Positions 15,687 through 31,110 are shown, numbered from the stretch's first letter. The stretch is DNA of 64,000 nt from Eledone cirrhosa (GCA_964016885.1 OZ024747.1:4960001-5024000); one strand, 5' to 3'. Numbers and translations: made by a program. The notes: generated by a model from the letters alone, not told the origin.

Positions 15687-16643
15687 TAGCAAAATCGTTA
15701 GAACGTCAGACAGAATGGTAGAGTCGTTAAACGTCTGATAGAATGGCAGAGTGGTTAGAACGTCTGATAGAATGGTAGAGTCGTTATAACGTCTGATAGA
15801 ATGGTAGAGTCGTTAGAACGTCAGATAGAATGGCAGAGTGGTTAGAACGTCAGATAGAATGGCAGAGTGGTTAGAACGTCAGGTAGAATGGCAGAGTGGT
15901 TAGAACGTCAGGTAGAATGGCAGAGTGGTTAGAACGTCAGATAGAATGGCAGAGTGGTTAGAACGTCAGATAGAATGGCAGAGTGGTTAGAACGTCAGAT
16001 AGAATGGCAGAGTGGTTAGAACGTCAGATAGAATGGCAGAGTGGTTAGAACGTCAGATAGAATGGCAGAGTGGTTAGAACGTCAGGTAGAATGGCAGAGT
16101 GGTTAGAACGTCAGATAGAATGGCAGAGTGGTTAGAACGTCAGATAGAATGGCAGAGTGGTTAGAACGTCAGATAGAATGGCAGAGTCGTTAGAACGTCA
16201 GATAGAATGGCAGAGTGGTTAGAATGTCAGATAGAATGGCAGAGTGGTTAGAACGTCAGATAGAATGGCAGAGTGGTTAGAACGTCAGATAGAATGACAG
16301 AGTGGTTAGAACGTCAGATAGAATGGCAGAGTGGTTAGAACGTCAGATAGAATGGTAGAGTGGTTAGAACGTCAGATAGAATGGCAGAGTGGTTAGAACG
16401 TCAGATAGAATGGCAGAGTGGTTAGAACGTCAGATAGAATGGCAGAGTGGTTAGAACGTCAGATAGAATGGCAGAGTGGTTAGAACGTCAGATAGAATGG
16501 CAGAGTGGTTAGAACGTCAGATAGAATGGCAGAGTGGTTAGAACGTCAGATAGAATGGCAGAGTGGTTAGAACGTCAGATAGAATGGCAGAGTGGTTAGA
16601 ACGTCAGATAGAATGGCAGAGTGGTTAGAACGTCAGATAGAAT
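15687..16643 (+). repeat. 29-bp minisatellite (~33 units) inside a SINE head
   Basis: Unit agaatggcagagtggttagaacgtcagat. The SINE starts at ~15676 and its body resumes at 16644-16760. Confidence 0.95.
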
Positions 16644-17507
16644 TCTTTTGCGATATTTGTGTCGGCTCTCTCTTCTCTGCATTCAAAATCCCACCGAGGT
16701 CAAATTTGCCTTTCATCCATTCTCGATTGATAAACAACTACCAGTCTAGTACTGCGGTTGATTCTTCCTCTATATCACTTTCTCTCTTCCTCTCTCTTAT
16801 ATTTTATCCTTCTATGGAAGAAATCTGCTGTATTCAGACCTGGATAGAAGGAAGGCTCCACCAGGTTTTAAAGTGCATAGAAGCGCCGTATGCCACTACG
16901 GCACCCCTTCGACACCATCAGGAATTACCAAATCATATAGACATTAGATCTAAAGTTAACACGTTTATCTTTAGTTGACGACAGTTCCTTAATCTGAGGA
17001 AGTGTATGGGGAATTGACAGTTGTAGTATTTGTCCTTTACTTCAAAAGAAATTGAACGAAGGATTTCTATGAGATCATCTAAAAGATATTTTCATTAACC
17101 ACCTGAATGTACCACCTTAAGAAATGCCTCATCTTTACAACGGAGTTTATTTCAATTTATTTCAATTCCTTTATTTTTAACATTGTCAATTGACTAATGT
17201 TCGTAAAGCGTCGGTTTGGTTTGTTACAAGCAGATGTTAATCGTTGCCTAGTAATTTATATATATATAATTATTAAAGCCAAACCAGGTAGCGACGTTTC
17301 GTTAGTCCCGAGGACCAAACCAACTTGTTCAATCTGTGTCGATGGAAGTTTTCCGGCTCATTTTCATCAGCACAAATTGTATAAATTGGTCCTCCGGACT
17401 AACCAAACGAACGCACCTGGTATGGCGTCGTTGGAGAAACTGGCCTTAATAATTATTTCCAAACTCGCCCTATGGACTTGAGTTGCTCCGTACCTTGAAT
17501 ATCTTTA

Positions 17508-17936
<429 letters not shown>

Positions 17937-17940
17937 TATA

Positions 17941-18148
17941 TAGGAACGAGTAGGACCCCGACGGCTGAGCTCAAGCCGTTTCGACGGCTAATTCTGGACT
18001 AAATTAGTCCAGAATTAGCCGTCGAAACGGCTTGAGCTCAGCCGTCGGGGTCCTACTCGTTCCTATTACCCACTCTACTACCCTAAGTATTGAGTACTTT
18101 GGTGCGTTATGGTCCACCTGGTTCGTTCCTTACCACATTTCCTCCGTT
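17941..18148 (+). mobile_element. ~200-bp hairpin mini-element (family H): 125-bp palindrome + 83-bp tail
   Basis: Palindrome centred at 18003, then tail tacccactctactaccctaagtattgagtactttggtgcgttatggtcc.... (AT)n flanks both sides. Confidence 0.9.
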
Positions 18149-18174
18149 ATATATATATATATATATATATATAA

Positions 18175-18209
<35 letters not shown>

Positions 18210-18215
18210 GAGAGA

Positions 18216-18299
<84 letters not shown>

Positions 18300-18628
18300 T
18301 TATTTTATTTATTTATTCTTTATTTGAACGAGATTTGGATGCTATTTCTGTCAGTTAAGTGAACGCGGAGAAACTTCTCGATCGCTTGTTTGTGAATATG
18401 CGTGTGGATGTGCTTAGAGTGAGACATGGAGAACGATTCTATAATGAATCAGCTCTCAGGATAATTGGAAAGATTCTCACAATGAATGTAAATGTTGATG
18501 GTGTTTGTGCTTGATTAGCACTATTCCGTTGGGGTACTGGGGTACTGGGGTGTGTATGTAAAAGATGTAGAGCTGCTTTAATGAGTTTTACCTACACACT
18601 CTCGCACATGCATACATATGTGCGTATA

Positions 18629-18749
<121 letters not shown>

Positions 18750-18760
18750 ATATATGTATG

Positions 18761-18807
<47 letters not shown>

Positions 18808-18978
18808 ATTTGTGTGTGCGATTGTAAAGTACATACATACACGTATACTTGTATATATACACATTATTCGTATCTCTCATCTATATATACGTACGTGAAA
18901 ATAAGAAATCAATATTTTTCTAAATATGAGAGTTTTTCCTTCTCTCATTGTGTATATATGTGTGTGTGTGTGTGTGTA

Positions 18979-19010
<32 letters not shown>

Positions 19011-19453
19011 CATATGAAGTTATTCTCTTATTCTTTTATTGGTTTCAGTCAATAGAATTAGGTCGTGGCCAAGCTGTAGCATCCCCTTAAAGTATCTGTA
19101 GGCTACCATATTTATTTCATGTCTTGAACAAATTTTATCGATGTCTATTATATATTTATATAATAGTGACATAACATATGCACAAATGATTCAACACATT
19201 GGTATTTTCCGAAGTTTCTACATTCAACATAGTCATGTATTGTGTTCTTTCTTTAGGTTATACTATATTCCAAACATTCGAAATCTATAGAGTTAGCTAT
19301 AGATTTTTTTCAGCCAACACTCTAAAATAGAGAGATGTAAACAGCTATATATATATATACATAAACATATATATACATAAACATATATACAACACCAGTT
19401 ATATATATATATATATATATATACAAAAACATATACATATATACAACCCCAGT

Positions 19454-19485
<32 letters not shown>

Positions 19486-19629
19486 GGTGTACATATATAT
19501 ATCTATATATATATAGGTGTTTGCAACTATTATATAGTGTTGGGTAAAAAAATATCTCTAGATATACTCTAGAGTACAGCACAACATTAAAATGGAATAC
19601 ACATAAAGCAGAATGAAATTATATGCTGA

Positions 19630-20510
19630 TGTACGTATATATACATATATCTACATGTATATATATGTTTATGTACGTATACATATATCTACATGTATAT
19701 ATATGTTTATGTACGTATATATACATATATCTACATGTATATATATGTTTATGTACGTATATATACATATATCTACATGTATATATATGTTTATGTACGT
19801 ATATATACATATATCTGCATGTATATATATGTTTATGTACGTATATATACATATATCTACATGTATATATATGTTTATGTACGTATACATATATCTACAT
19901 GTATATATATGTTTATGTACGTATATATACATATATCTACATGTATATATATGTTTATGTACGTATACATATATCTACACATACATATATATGTTTATGT
20001 ACGTATATATACATATATCTACATGTAGATATATGTTTATGTACGTATACATATATCTACATGTAGATATATGTTTATGTAAGTATATATACATATATCT
20101 ACATGTAGATATATGTTTATGTACGTATACATATATCTACATGTATATATATGTTTATGTACGTATATACATATATCTACACATACATATATATGTTTAT
20201 GTACGTATATATACATATATCTACATGTAGATATATGTTTATGTACGTATATACATACATCTACATGTATATATATGTTTATGTAGGTATATATACATAT
20301 ATCTACATGTATATATATGTTTATGTACGTATATACATATATCTACATGTATATATATATATGTTTATGTAGGTATATATACATATATCTACATGTATAT
20401 ATATATATGTTTATGTAGGTAGATACATATATCTACATGTATATATATATATGTTTATGTAGGTATATACATATATCTACATGTATATATATATGTTTAT
20501 GTAGGTATAT
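19630..20510. repeat. ~36-42-bp AT-rich minisatellite
   Basis: Unit ~tatatgtttatgtacgtatatatacatatatctacatgta. Confidence 0.9.
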
Positions 20511-20621
20511 ACGAGCAGAAAGACCAAGTGTGACATCACCAGCAGAGATTTTTATATATATTTATATTTTCGTTAATGATGTGTTTATGAGAAAACGAGA
20601 GAGAGTGTGTATATATATATA

Positions 20622-20712
<91 letters not shown>

Positions 20713-20742
20713 TATATTTATATATATATATATGTATATTTA

Positions 20743-20846
<104 letters not shown>

Positions 20847-20956
20847 CATACACACACACACATATATATATATGTGTGTGTCTATCTGTATGTGAGAGTG
20901 ACTGTGTATGTCTGTGTGCGTCTGTGTGTATGTATATATATATGTGTATATGTTTA

Positions 20957-21004
<48 letters not shown>

Positions 21005-21128
21005 TATATATAACTAAAGTGTATGTGGAGAATTATATATATATTATTTATATCTATATTTATATATATATATTTATCTATATATAAATATATAGGGAGA
21101 GATAGATAGACATAGAGAGAGAGTGAGT

Positions 21129-21190
<62 letters not shown>

Positions 21191-21901
21191 GAGCGAGAGA
21201 GAATGGATAGATACATGTATGTATATAGTTCTGCGACCTCTACCTCACATTTGATCCTCTTTTATATAAACATTTACATTTGATTCTGAGTGACTCCACA
21301 TCCTTATACAGCGTCTGTCTTTCACTCCACACTGATACTCCCCCTTACATTCATTTTGAATCATATATAGCGTTTCTATTCAACCTATCTCTGCACAGAG
21401 CCCCCTCCTTATACACACACAGATACACATACACACACACACAGACACATACACACAGAGACACATACACACACACAGAGACACACATACACACACAGAC
21501 ACACACACACAGATACACACACACACATGTACACACACACATGCACTCATCAGCGACAATATAGAGATGTATAGAGAAGTGTTTAATGATGACATAGGAG
21601 GCCTTCTCTGCTCGTCATCTCCTCTTGTTAGAAGTCAATAGGTCTTGTTGGATTTAAGCAAGAATAGACGCTAATCAGACATTGTCGTGTAACTCTGAGT
21701 ACGGTGACTCAAAAAATGGTGTGTATGTGTGTGGTGGGAGTGTTTGTGCGTTGTGTGTGTGTGTATATGAGTGTTTGTGTGTGTTTGTGTGTGTGTGTCT
21801 TTGCGTATGTGTGGGTCTCTGAACGCGAGTGTGCGAATATATATATATATATATATATACAATATATTAATAAATGGAAACTATATTTATAAAACCATAT
21901 T

Positions 21902-21967
21902 TATTTTATTATACATATTTCAAGGGCAACCAAGGCAAATTATGGTGTGCTTTCATCAAATAAAATA
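21902..21967 (-). ncRNA. Degenerate hammerhead of the same family as 31111
   Basis: Minus strand tattttat-TTGATGA-...-GAAA-tatgta-TA-ataaaata, with a C3U core change. Confidence 0.6.
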
Positions 21968-22214
21968 CAGATTTGTTTTATAAATAAATATTGACATACC
22001 CGGAAAAAAAGACAACATATATATATATATATACACACATACATATATGTATATATATATATATATATTTCAAACTATTGCATAATTAAACAAGATATCA
22101 TCAGGAAAGGCGTTTCCTGATGTTAGCTAATGTATTGGGTAGCTTATTAACCTTGGCTAACACCGATTGAACCCGGGATTCACACACGCGTGCGCGAGTA
22201 CACACTCAAACACG

Positions 22215-22247
<33 letters not shown>

Positions 22248-22419
22248 ATATTATTTATAGTTATATATACAATATATACAACTATAAACAGGAAAGGTCA
22301 GTAATTTATTACTACCTTATTACCAGTAAGAAAAATAGCTCAATGTAAATACATGAGATGTTTTACAGAGCAGGAATATAAATTACACAATAATCAAAAC
22401 TATGTTCAAATCATTTTAT

Positions 22420-22466
22420 TGCTAACAATCGTTTCTTCCAAACTTTCGTTTGGTATCCTCAGAGCA
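22420..22466 (-). ncRNA. Minimal type-I hammerhead ribozyme motif
   Basis: tgct-CTGAGGA-taccaaac gaaa gtttggaa-GAAA-cgattg-TT-agca, followed by AATAAA. Confidence 0.75.
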
Positions 22467-22829
22467 CTAGCAACGTTTGGACATATAATTAACTGCCTAT
22501 TCAACTGAACAATCATATAGATACATGGATATTAAAGTTGTCCACAACAGTTTCGTATTTACAGAGTGGATTGGATGTGACAGAGACTACAAGAGAATAG
22601 TATAATAATTAAAGCAGTATAGAGAGTGCAACTACGTTGTATGTCCTGTATATGCCTAACGTATTTGCACTCTCTATACTGCTTTAATTATTATACTATT
22701 CTCTTGTAATCTCTGTCATATCCATTCCACTCTGTAAATACGAAACTGTTGATGACAACATTAATATCCATGTATCTATATGATTGTTCAGTTTAATAGG
22801 AAGTTAATTATATGTCCAAACTTTGCTAG

Positions 22830-22876
22830 TGCTCCGAGGATACCAAACGAAAGTTTGGAAGAAACGATTGTCAGCA
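22830..22876 (+). ncRNA. Hammerhead motif, mirror copy with core mutation (CCGAGGA)
   Basis: tgct-CCGAGGA-stem II-GAAA-cgattg-TC-agca-ataaa. Confidence 0.65.
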
Positions 22877-22915
22877 ATAAAATGATTTGAACATAGTTTC
22901 GATTATTGTGTAATT

Positions 22916-22986
<71 letters not shown>

Positions 22987-23227
22987 ATATATATATGTAT
23001 GTATGTATTATATATACATACATACATATATATATATATATATTCAGACTCCCTGGCGAAAGGGATGTGGAAGGGCCTCTCTGAGAATTCAATAGGGTTC
23101 ATAGATCTCACTTCAATGGGGTGACATCAGAATTTCAAGATCCGCCCAATGGTTTATGTGTGGGTGCGTATTTATCTATCTATCTCTCTCTCTCTATCTA
23201 TCTCTAACAATATATATATATATATAA

Positions 23228-23311
<84 letters not shown>

Positions 23312-23342
23312 TACATATATATACATATATATATATATATAT

Positions 23343-23416
<74 letters not shown>

Positions 23417-23548
23417 GATTCTCTTTCAGAAGAGGCCCCAGCATGGTCACAGTCTAATAACTCTAAGCAGTAGAATAATTAAACAATGTGTGTTTGTGTG
23501 TATGTCTATGTGTATGTGTGTATGTGTGTGTGTATGTGTATGTGTGTA

Positions 23549-23581
<33 letters not shown>

Positions 23582-23793
23582 GTGTGTATGTGATGTGTAT
23601 GTGTGTATGCGATGTGTATGTGTATGTATGAAAGTATTCATTAATAAAGTCAGAAAGTAGGAGAGAAAAAGAGCGCAAAGTAGATTTGAGACAAAGAAAA
23701 TACCTAGAATAGGGTTTGTAAGCGATTCACAGCATATGTCATATAATGTGGTTCCCTCCATACATATACGTACGGACATATATATAATACACA

Positions 23794-23852
<59 letters not shown>

Positions 23853-23943
23853 CGTATGTGTATATGTATTAACATGTGTTGGTATGTGTATGCATACTTA
23901 CATATATATATATATATATGCTCATATAATATACATATTTATG

Positions 23944-23978
<35 letters not shown>

Positions 23979-24104
23979 ATATGAATATATATATATATGT
24001 ATATATGAATATATATATATATACATGTGTGTGTGTGTGTGTATGTACGTATGTCTATATATAAATATATATATATTTATATATATATGCATATGTATGT
24101 ATAA

Positions 24105-24140
<36 letters not shown>

Positions 24141-24749
24141 GTATAAATATATATACATGTATATATAGAGAGAGAGGGGGGATAAGAGCGGGAGGAAGAG
24201 GAACATAGAAAAAATGAGAGAGGGGGAGGGGGAGAAAGTCTGGTTATAATTGAAATGTTTACTCTTTACTTACATGTCTTTTATCAGTCGTCTGATAAAA
24301 GATATATTTGTTGTAGGAGGGGGTCCCTGTATCGTGTAAGCGTGCGAAGCACGTGCGAGGGGACAGCCAAGGTCCATCCCACCCCGTTCCTTAGCCAAAG
24401 GGGCTTTGCTATAGAATCCTTTGTCCTCAAAACCTAATTCTACCAATGTAGCAATCTAGTAGATTCTGCGAGTGTGTGTGTACACCCACTCATGTGTGCG
24501 CGCATCTCTGTGTTTGCGTGTGTTTTTATATTTGTTTCTGTGTAAGAAAATGCACATGCAGAGCATACACATTATACGCATAGGTAATAACAGTGATATA
24601 TATATATATATATATCATTGTGTGTGTTGGTATATATATATACACACATATATTTATACATACATACATATATACATATAAATATATATATATATATATG
24701 TATATATGTATATATGTATAAATATATGTGTGTATATATATACCAACAC

Positions 24750-24832
<83 letters not shown>

Positions 24833-24860
24833 TATATATATACCAACACATATATATATA

Positions 24861-25126
<266 letters not shown>

Positions 25127-25159
25127 ATTAAATACATACATATATAGATGTACACTTAG

Positions 25160-25214
<55 letters not shown>

Positions 25215-25272
25215 TGAATATCTGTCCTGAACAAAGGAAAGCTACTGAATCTCTGTCTCTTTATATATATAG

Positions 25273-25348
<76 letters not shown>

Positions 25349-25560
25349 ATCATTTCGTTATAGAAATGACTTGTACAGGACCAGAACTGTTTTATTTGTA
25401 AGAAATACATATAAACAAAATGACATGTGTGTATATATATGTGTTGATGAATATGTTATATATATGGAGGAGCCGTGTGTCTTTGTGTATATACACACAT
25501 ATATATATGCATATATATGTATATATATATATATGTATACACATTTGTGGGAATTGCCTG

Positions 25561-25594
<34 letters not shown>

Positions 25595-27136
25595 TGTATG
25601 TATGTATGTATGTATGTATGTATGTATATAGCTATATTTCCACTCACACTTAGGCGTGTGCAACGAGTCAACCGCACGTGCAACTAATTTACGACAGACA
25701 CATCATATTACCAACGGTATTTCATAGATAAATCCATCTTTCTACTCACCCTTTTCCCCTCTATCCCCTCCCCCCTCTTTTTATCTTCCGGTCCCATCTC
25801 CTCCTACCATACTCTATAATTACTTACCCTCTCCCATATCCTCCCAGCCTAAAATATACACCAGCATCCTCTTCAACAAAGCCATCCCCACCTCTAAAAC
25901 ATGCCCGCCACTAATCAACTTTTGAGAGAGAGCCCCCTCTGTGTTCGCTTGACCTGCTAGAAATATCTGCCAAATCTAGCTTAAATTACACCTTTTCCCT
26001 TAAACCGACTTAAACTGCCATAAACCGACTAAAACCGACTTAAAAACGAATAAGTTGAATAATGTTATACTAAGGTTCCATAAACATAGGAAAAAACACG
26101 TGATGGTCACGGCTAGAATGCTTTTGAGCGTGGGTTTTCTTAAAAAGGTCTAACCTATGTCTAAACGTTGAAGTAGCCTAGTGGTGGGTCCCGCTCCTGG
26201 ACAGGGTTACTCCAGGATACTCAGCTGCAAATGAGTACCAGTAATAACTGGGGAAGGAGACTCTTACTCTGAGTCGCTTAAGCCACGAAAACCAGGACAA
26301 ACATCGGTCTGGCGAGCGGCAGGGCTTGCGACAGACCTTAAACTATGGCTAAACACCACTAATATCAACAAGAACATCATTACCATCAACAATAAAATCT
26401 TAAAGGCCTTTTACCTTGTTACTTGACTTGCTAGTAATAGTAGGTAAATCTTCCTCTGATCACAACAATATCGTCTAAAGTTGGATAATATTCAGACACA
26501 ATGTCTGGATAAAAGATTTGGATGGTCATGGTAGGAATGCTTTTGATAAATAGGAACAACTAGAAATAGCAGCCATGCTTTCTTCAAATCCTCCTTTTCC
26601 TTCAAATTCAATAAGAATCGATAAGATCCCAGACTTCATTTGTTTATCGATGGTAGGGGTGGAAATCGTCAGATTCGACCAAGGAAACAAACTTTTCCAT
26701 TGGTCTTTCCAATTGCTAATGCTATCTAACAGTCACAATTCCTGACAAAAGGAACAGCCTGAAATAAAGTGTTTGCGGAAGGACATAGCGCATCGTTTAC
26801 TCTGAGAATCAAACTCACAACCTCACGATTGTGAATCCAATTATCTAACTACTAAGCCAACCCCCTTTACCAAATTACCTTACTTACTGTCTTAAATCAA
26901 TACAAATCTAATGGACAATGTGGCCCTTGATATACACAAACAAAGGATAATCAAAGCTAGAAACCTTTTAATCATAGGTTTTCTCTGTGATGGTTGATCT
27001 GGGGCTAAACAAGTACTATAGCAACAAACAGGAACATCTATACGGTCGTCATACCTGCTAGAAATAGTATCTAAATCCCACTCAAATTATACTGAAAACA
27101 AAATACTTTAGATAATGTAGTACTTTAATCCTTTGT

Positions 27137-27745
27137 TTCCCTGAGGCTCGGCCTCCGGATCTGCCAGCCACACCCATGTCGCTGCGGTTCCACCGTGGAC
27201 TCTTTCGACCTCCACCCGCTTTCCTGTCGCCACAGTGCCGGCCGAATTCCACGCCATGCTGCCCTCAACGAAGTCATTAAGCATGGCTTGGACGCTGCAG
27301 GCTTCCCTTCCCAGCTCGAGCCGGTGGGGCTGGATCGAGGGGACGGCAAAAGGCCAGATGGTATGAGCATCTTCCCGTTCCGCGGTGCCAAACCCCTCGT
27401 CTGGGATGCCACTTGCACCGACACTTTCTGCAGCCGCAACCTGGTGCAGTCTGCGACTGACCCAGGTTCTGCTTCGCGTGGGCTGAGGGGGCCAAACTCC
27501 TCAAATACCGGTTGCTCTCCGACAGCTTTGCGGTCGTACCCCTGGCACTGGAGACTTCTGGTGTCCTCGGCCCCAGGGCTATCTCCTTACTCACCTCCAT
27601 AGACGCTGGGCTGGGCAGCCGCAGGTGTGAGCCCCGCGAGTTGGAGTGGCTATTCCAGCGAGATCCCTCGCCGTCCTCCGTGTAAACGCCTTCTCCATTC
27701 TGTCTGCCGGGGCTGTAGGTGGGCCCCATCGCGTACCGTTGTAGT
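27137..27745 (+). pseudogene. CRE-type non-LTR retrotransposon 3' fragment: zinc knuckle + restriction-like endonuclease
   Basis: GC-rich island reading LRLGLRICQPHPCRCG...HPLSC...RHAALNEVI...EP...DGKRPDG...VWDATCTDT, then after a frameshift AEGAKLLKY...PLALETSGVLG...WLFQR. Confidence 0.85.
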
Positions 27746-29331
27746 TGTTGTAACAGAAAGAGGAAGACAACATCTAAACTAAAACTTTTCATTGTTACAT
27801 TAACCATTATGATACCATCCTTTGATCATATATTTGCTTGTTTATAACCAGCTTAGGGTTAAACAACAACAACAGCAACACTTATATCAACAACAACGCC
27901 AGCACTAACATCATTAACAGTATTGCACTATAGTCATCGCCATGGCAATCACCATCAACCATCACCATAACCATCACAGTCACTCCCTATAAAAACCCTT
28001 CAATTTACCGGCTTTCCTCCTACCCTATCCCCCCCCCCCCCGACATTCCGTTAATTTCACCTCTCACTATCATCTTCACGTCGCGGTCACAAACAGGCGC
28101 CAACTTAGGGTTTGATAAATAACTTAAATATGCTCCCACCACCACCACCACCACCACCATCACCACGAGCACCACCACCACCACCACCATCACCACCACC
28201 ACGAGCACCACCACCACCATCACCACCACCACGAGCACCACCACAAGCACCACCAGCACCATCACCACCATCACCACCACCACCACCACCACCACCATCA
28301 CTATCATCACCACCACAAGCACCACAAGCACCACCAACACCATCACCACCACAAGCACCACCAGTACCACCAGCACCACCTCTCCCGTTCTACCATCACC
28401 TCACCCCACTACCATCATCTGACAAAAGTGACAGTAACTTATACTCTTCCTTCCTAGCCCCTTCCATCCTTTTCCTGCAACACCCCCACCACACACTTAA
28501 CCCCTACCGCCCCCTAAACTTCCTATCTAAACATCTGGTAAGGCACACTTCTGTCGCGTACCAGCCGACAAAATTTGGGATATGACTGGCTAGAACCGGA
28601 TGGCAATAGGGATGGCGATGATGGCGGCGCTGGTTATGGTGGTGGTGGTGGTGGTGGTGGTGATGGTGGAGGTGATGGTGGTGGTGATGGTGGAGGTGGT
28701 GGTGGTGATGGTGGTGGCGCTGTTTAGGGTTTCAGGCTTCGGGTTATTAATGGTGGTGACGGTGGTGGTGGGGATGTTTGGAGTTAGTAATGGTGATGAT
28801 GATGGTGGTGATAGTTCGTGGTGGTGGTGGTGGTGGACGTAGTGGTGGTGGTGCTTGGTGTTAGTATTGATGGTGATGAGGCTGTAGTGGAGGTGATAGT
28901 TTCTACAAAAGGCACAAGGCCAGTATTTTGGCGAGTGGAAAAAGTCGATTAAATCGACCCAGTGTATTACTGGTACTTTATTTTATCGACTCTGTACGGA
29001 TAAGCGACAAAGTTAACCTCGGTGGGATTAAATAGCAATGATAATGGTAGAGAATAGGATGTGATTTAATGTGGATTCGGCTGCTATTTCTAGCGAGCAT
29101 GCAACATGCTTTTTTCTTTTGTTGGGTTGAATGATGTGGGTGGGGTAGAGATGGCGCGCTGGCAACGAATGTTTAATGGGAAAAGACTTAAGTTTAGGTA
29201 GGTTAAGACATATGGAATCCTACCCCTACTCAGAACATCTTCATGTCCCTTTCTTTAGTTCTTTGTCTCGAATTTTCTTCCTATAAACCTTCTTCGTCCC
29301 CCCACCACGCCGTAATCTACACTCTACGTTT

Positions 29332-29424
<93 letters not shown>

Positions 29425-29464
29425 CATACACACCCACACACATATATATTTCAATCTCTGTTCT

Positions 29465-29790
29465 TTTAAGATATATTTCTTTATTTGCCACAAGGGCGTA
29501 CAGAAATGGGACATTACAAGACGTTTTACATAAAATATAAAATCTTTAACAATAATAATGGATAACAATAGAATATATACAAAATAAAACAATCGAAATC
29601 CCCAATAGGGGGAAAAGTTACTGCGGGTTGTTTTACACCCCGTGGATAGAATAACCCTCAACACCAGGAACACGTTTTCTAGGTGTTTCCGTCTTCCCTC
29701 TGTTTGTCTTCCTCAACCTACAGGTTTAAATACAGAACCATTTTCGGCCCATTTTCGCCACATTCACCCACCGAATTTTGTTTTAAGATA
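29465..29790 (-). mobile_element. Related Tx1/L1-like 3' end
   Basis: The minus strand ends cccttgtggcaAATAAAgaaat, similar to the end of 10841-11342, and a short stretch resembles that element's ORF end. Confidence 0.5.
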
Positions 29791-29980
29791 GCGATCTAAT
29801 AGACATTATATATATATCCTCCGAATGAAACAGTTCTAGTCCTGTAGAAGCCATTTGTATATTAAATATTTATACTCTGTTATGTATTGAGTACCTTACT
29901 TACTGAGGTTACCCCCGACTGAACCCGGGCTGTTTACCTTTTACATACATACATACACACACACATACACACATATATAT

Positions 29981-30075
29981 AACGAAGGAATTGTGGTAAT
30001 GAACCAGATGGACCATAACGCACCAGAAATAGCCGTCGAAACGGCTTGAGCTCTGCCGTCGGGGTCATACTTGTT

Positions 30076-30079
<4 letters not shown>
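29981..30079 (-). mobile_element. Family H copy with one arm deleted
   Basis: The tail end is joined directly to the short arm at ...gcaccagaaatagcc.... Confidence 0.8.
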
Positions 30080-30138
<59 letters not shown>

Positions 30139-30730
30139 GTTATTCCGGGTTGATGATTTCTAATGAATGAAACAGTTCTAGTCCTGTAGAATCTCATCTA
30201 TATTAAAACTATATATATATATATATATATATAAAACATGAGAAGAAAGAGGAATACTGCGTGGTTGCACATGGGTTACATATTATAAAATTAGTCCCTC
30301 GTCAGTGATTTGCCAACCATCATTGGTATTTCATCGTATTAAAAATCATATACCTCAGGTTGGTGCGAGCAACTAAAAAAAGCTATTGGGACAAGTGAGT
30401 CGCGTAAAGCGAGTGAGACAAGTAAACAACATAGAAGGATATATATATAGACCAATCAAAATTGTTTTGATCACAAGAATTTTTTCATACATCTGGAGCC
30501 ACTTTTTTTACATAAAACAGGTAGAATTTCCAAAACTAATCAGATTAGAGCAAACATCACGGGCGCTCTATCTCAAAATTATTTTTGAAAAGCATTAGAA
30601 ATGCGCAACCGGTAAAAACTTAAAACCAAAACTGAATACTAACCAATACTATTACTAATTTTTACTTATTCCTAATTAAACTATTTTTCACTGGGAACAA
30701 TTTGTCAGTATTTTTTTTTTTTCCTTTTAG

Positions 30731-30796
<66 letters not shown>

Positions 30797-30799
<3 letters not shown>

Positions 30800-30996
30800 C
30801 GAGTAGGACCCCGACGGCTGAGTTCAAGCCGTTTCGACGGCTAATTCTGGACTAAAATTAGTCCAGAATTAGCCGTCGAAACGGCTTGAGCTCAGCCGTC
30901 GGGGTCCTACTCGTTCCTATTACCCACTCTACTACCCTAAGTATTGAGTACTTTGGTGCGTTATGGTCCATCTGGTTCCTTACCACATTTCCTTCG

Positions 30997-30998
<2 letters not shown>
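30797..30998 (+). mobile_element. Family H copy
   Basis: Nearly identical to 17941-18148. Confidence 0.9.
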
Positions 30999-31077
<79 letters not shown>

Positions 31078-31110
31078 TATGTATGTATGTAAAAAGTAAA
31101 CCAACTTTTG

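Larger units (their letters stand above)
22376..22920. mobile_element. ~545-bp fold-back palindrome with a hammerhead in each arm; unique tail at 22245-22375
   Basis: The arms are reverse complements with scattered mismatches around a ~20-nt loop near 22638-22657. (AT)n flanks both sides. Confidence 0.9.

Noticed and set aside
15687-16643. CRISPR-like 29-bp repeat array
   Set aside because: Units are contiguous with no spacers, the context is eukaryotic, and the unit derives from a SINE A-box.
22376-22920. Palindromes as sequencing fold-back artefacts or miRNA precursors
   Set aside because: Arms here have accumulated many differences, and the asymmetric layout recurs across families. They are too long and TE-like for miRNA hairpins.
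27850-28750. TTAGGG telomere-like motifs near the CRE fragment
   Set aside because: Only isolated single hexamers, not tandem arrays.
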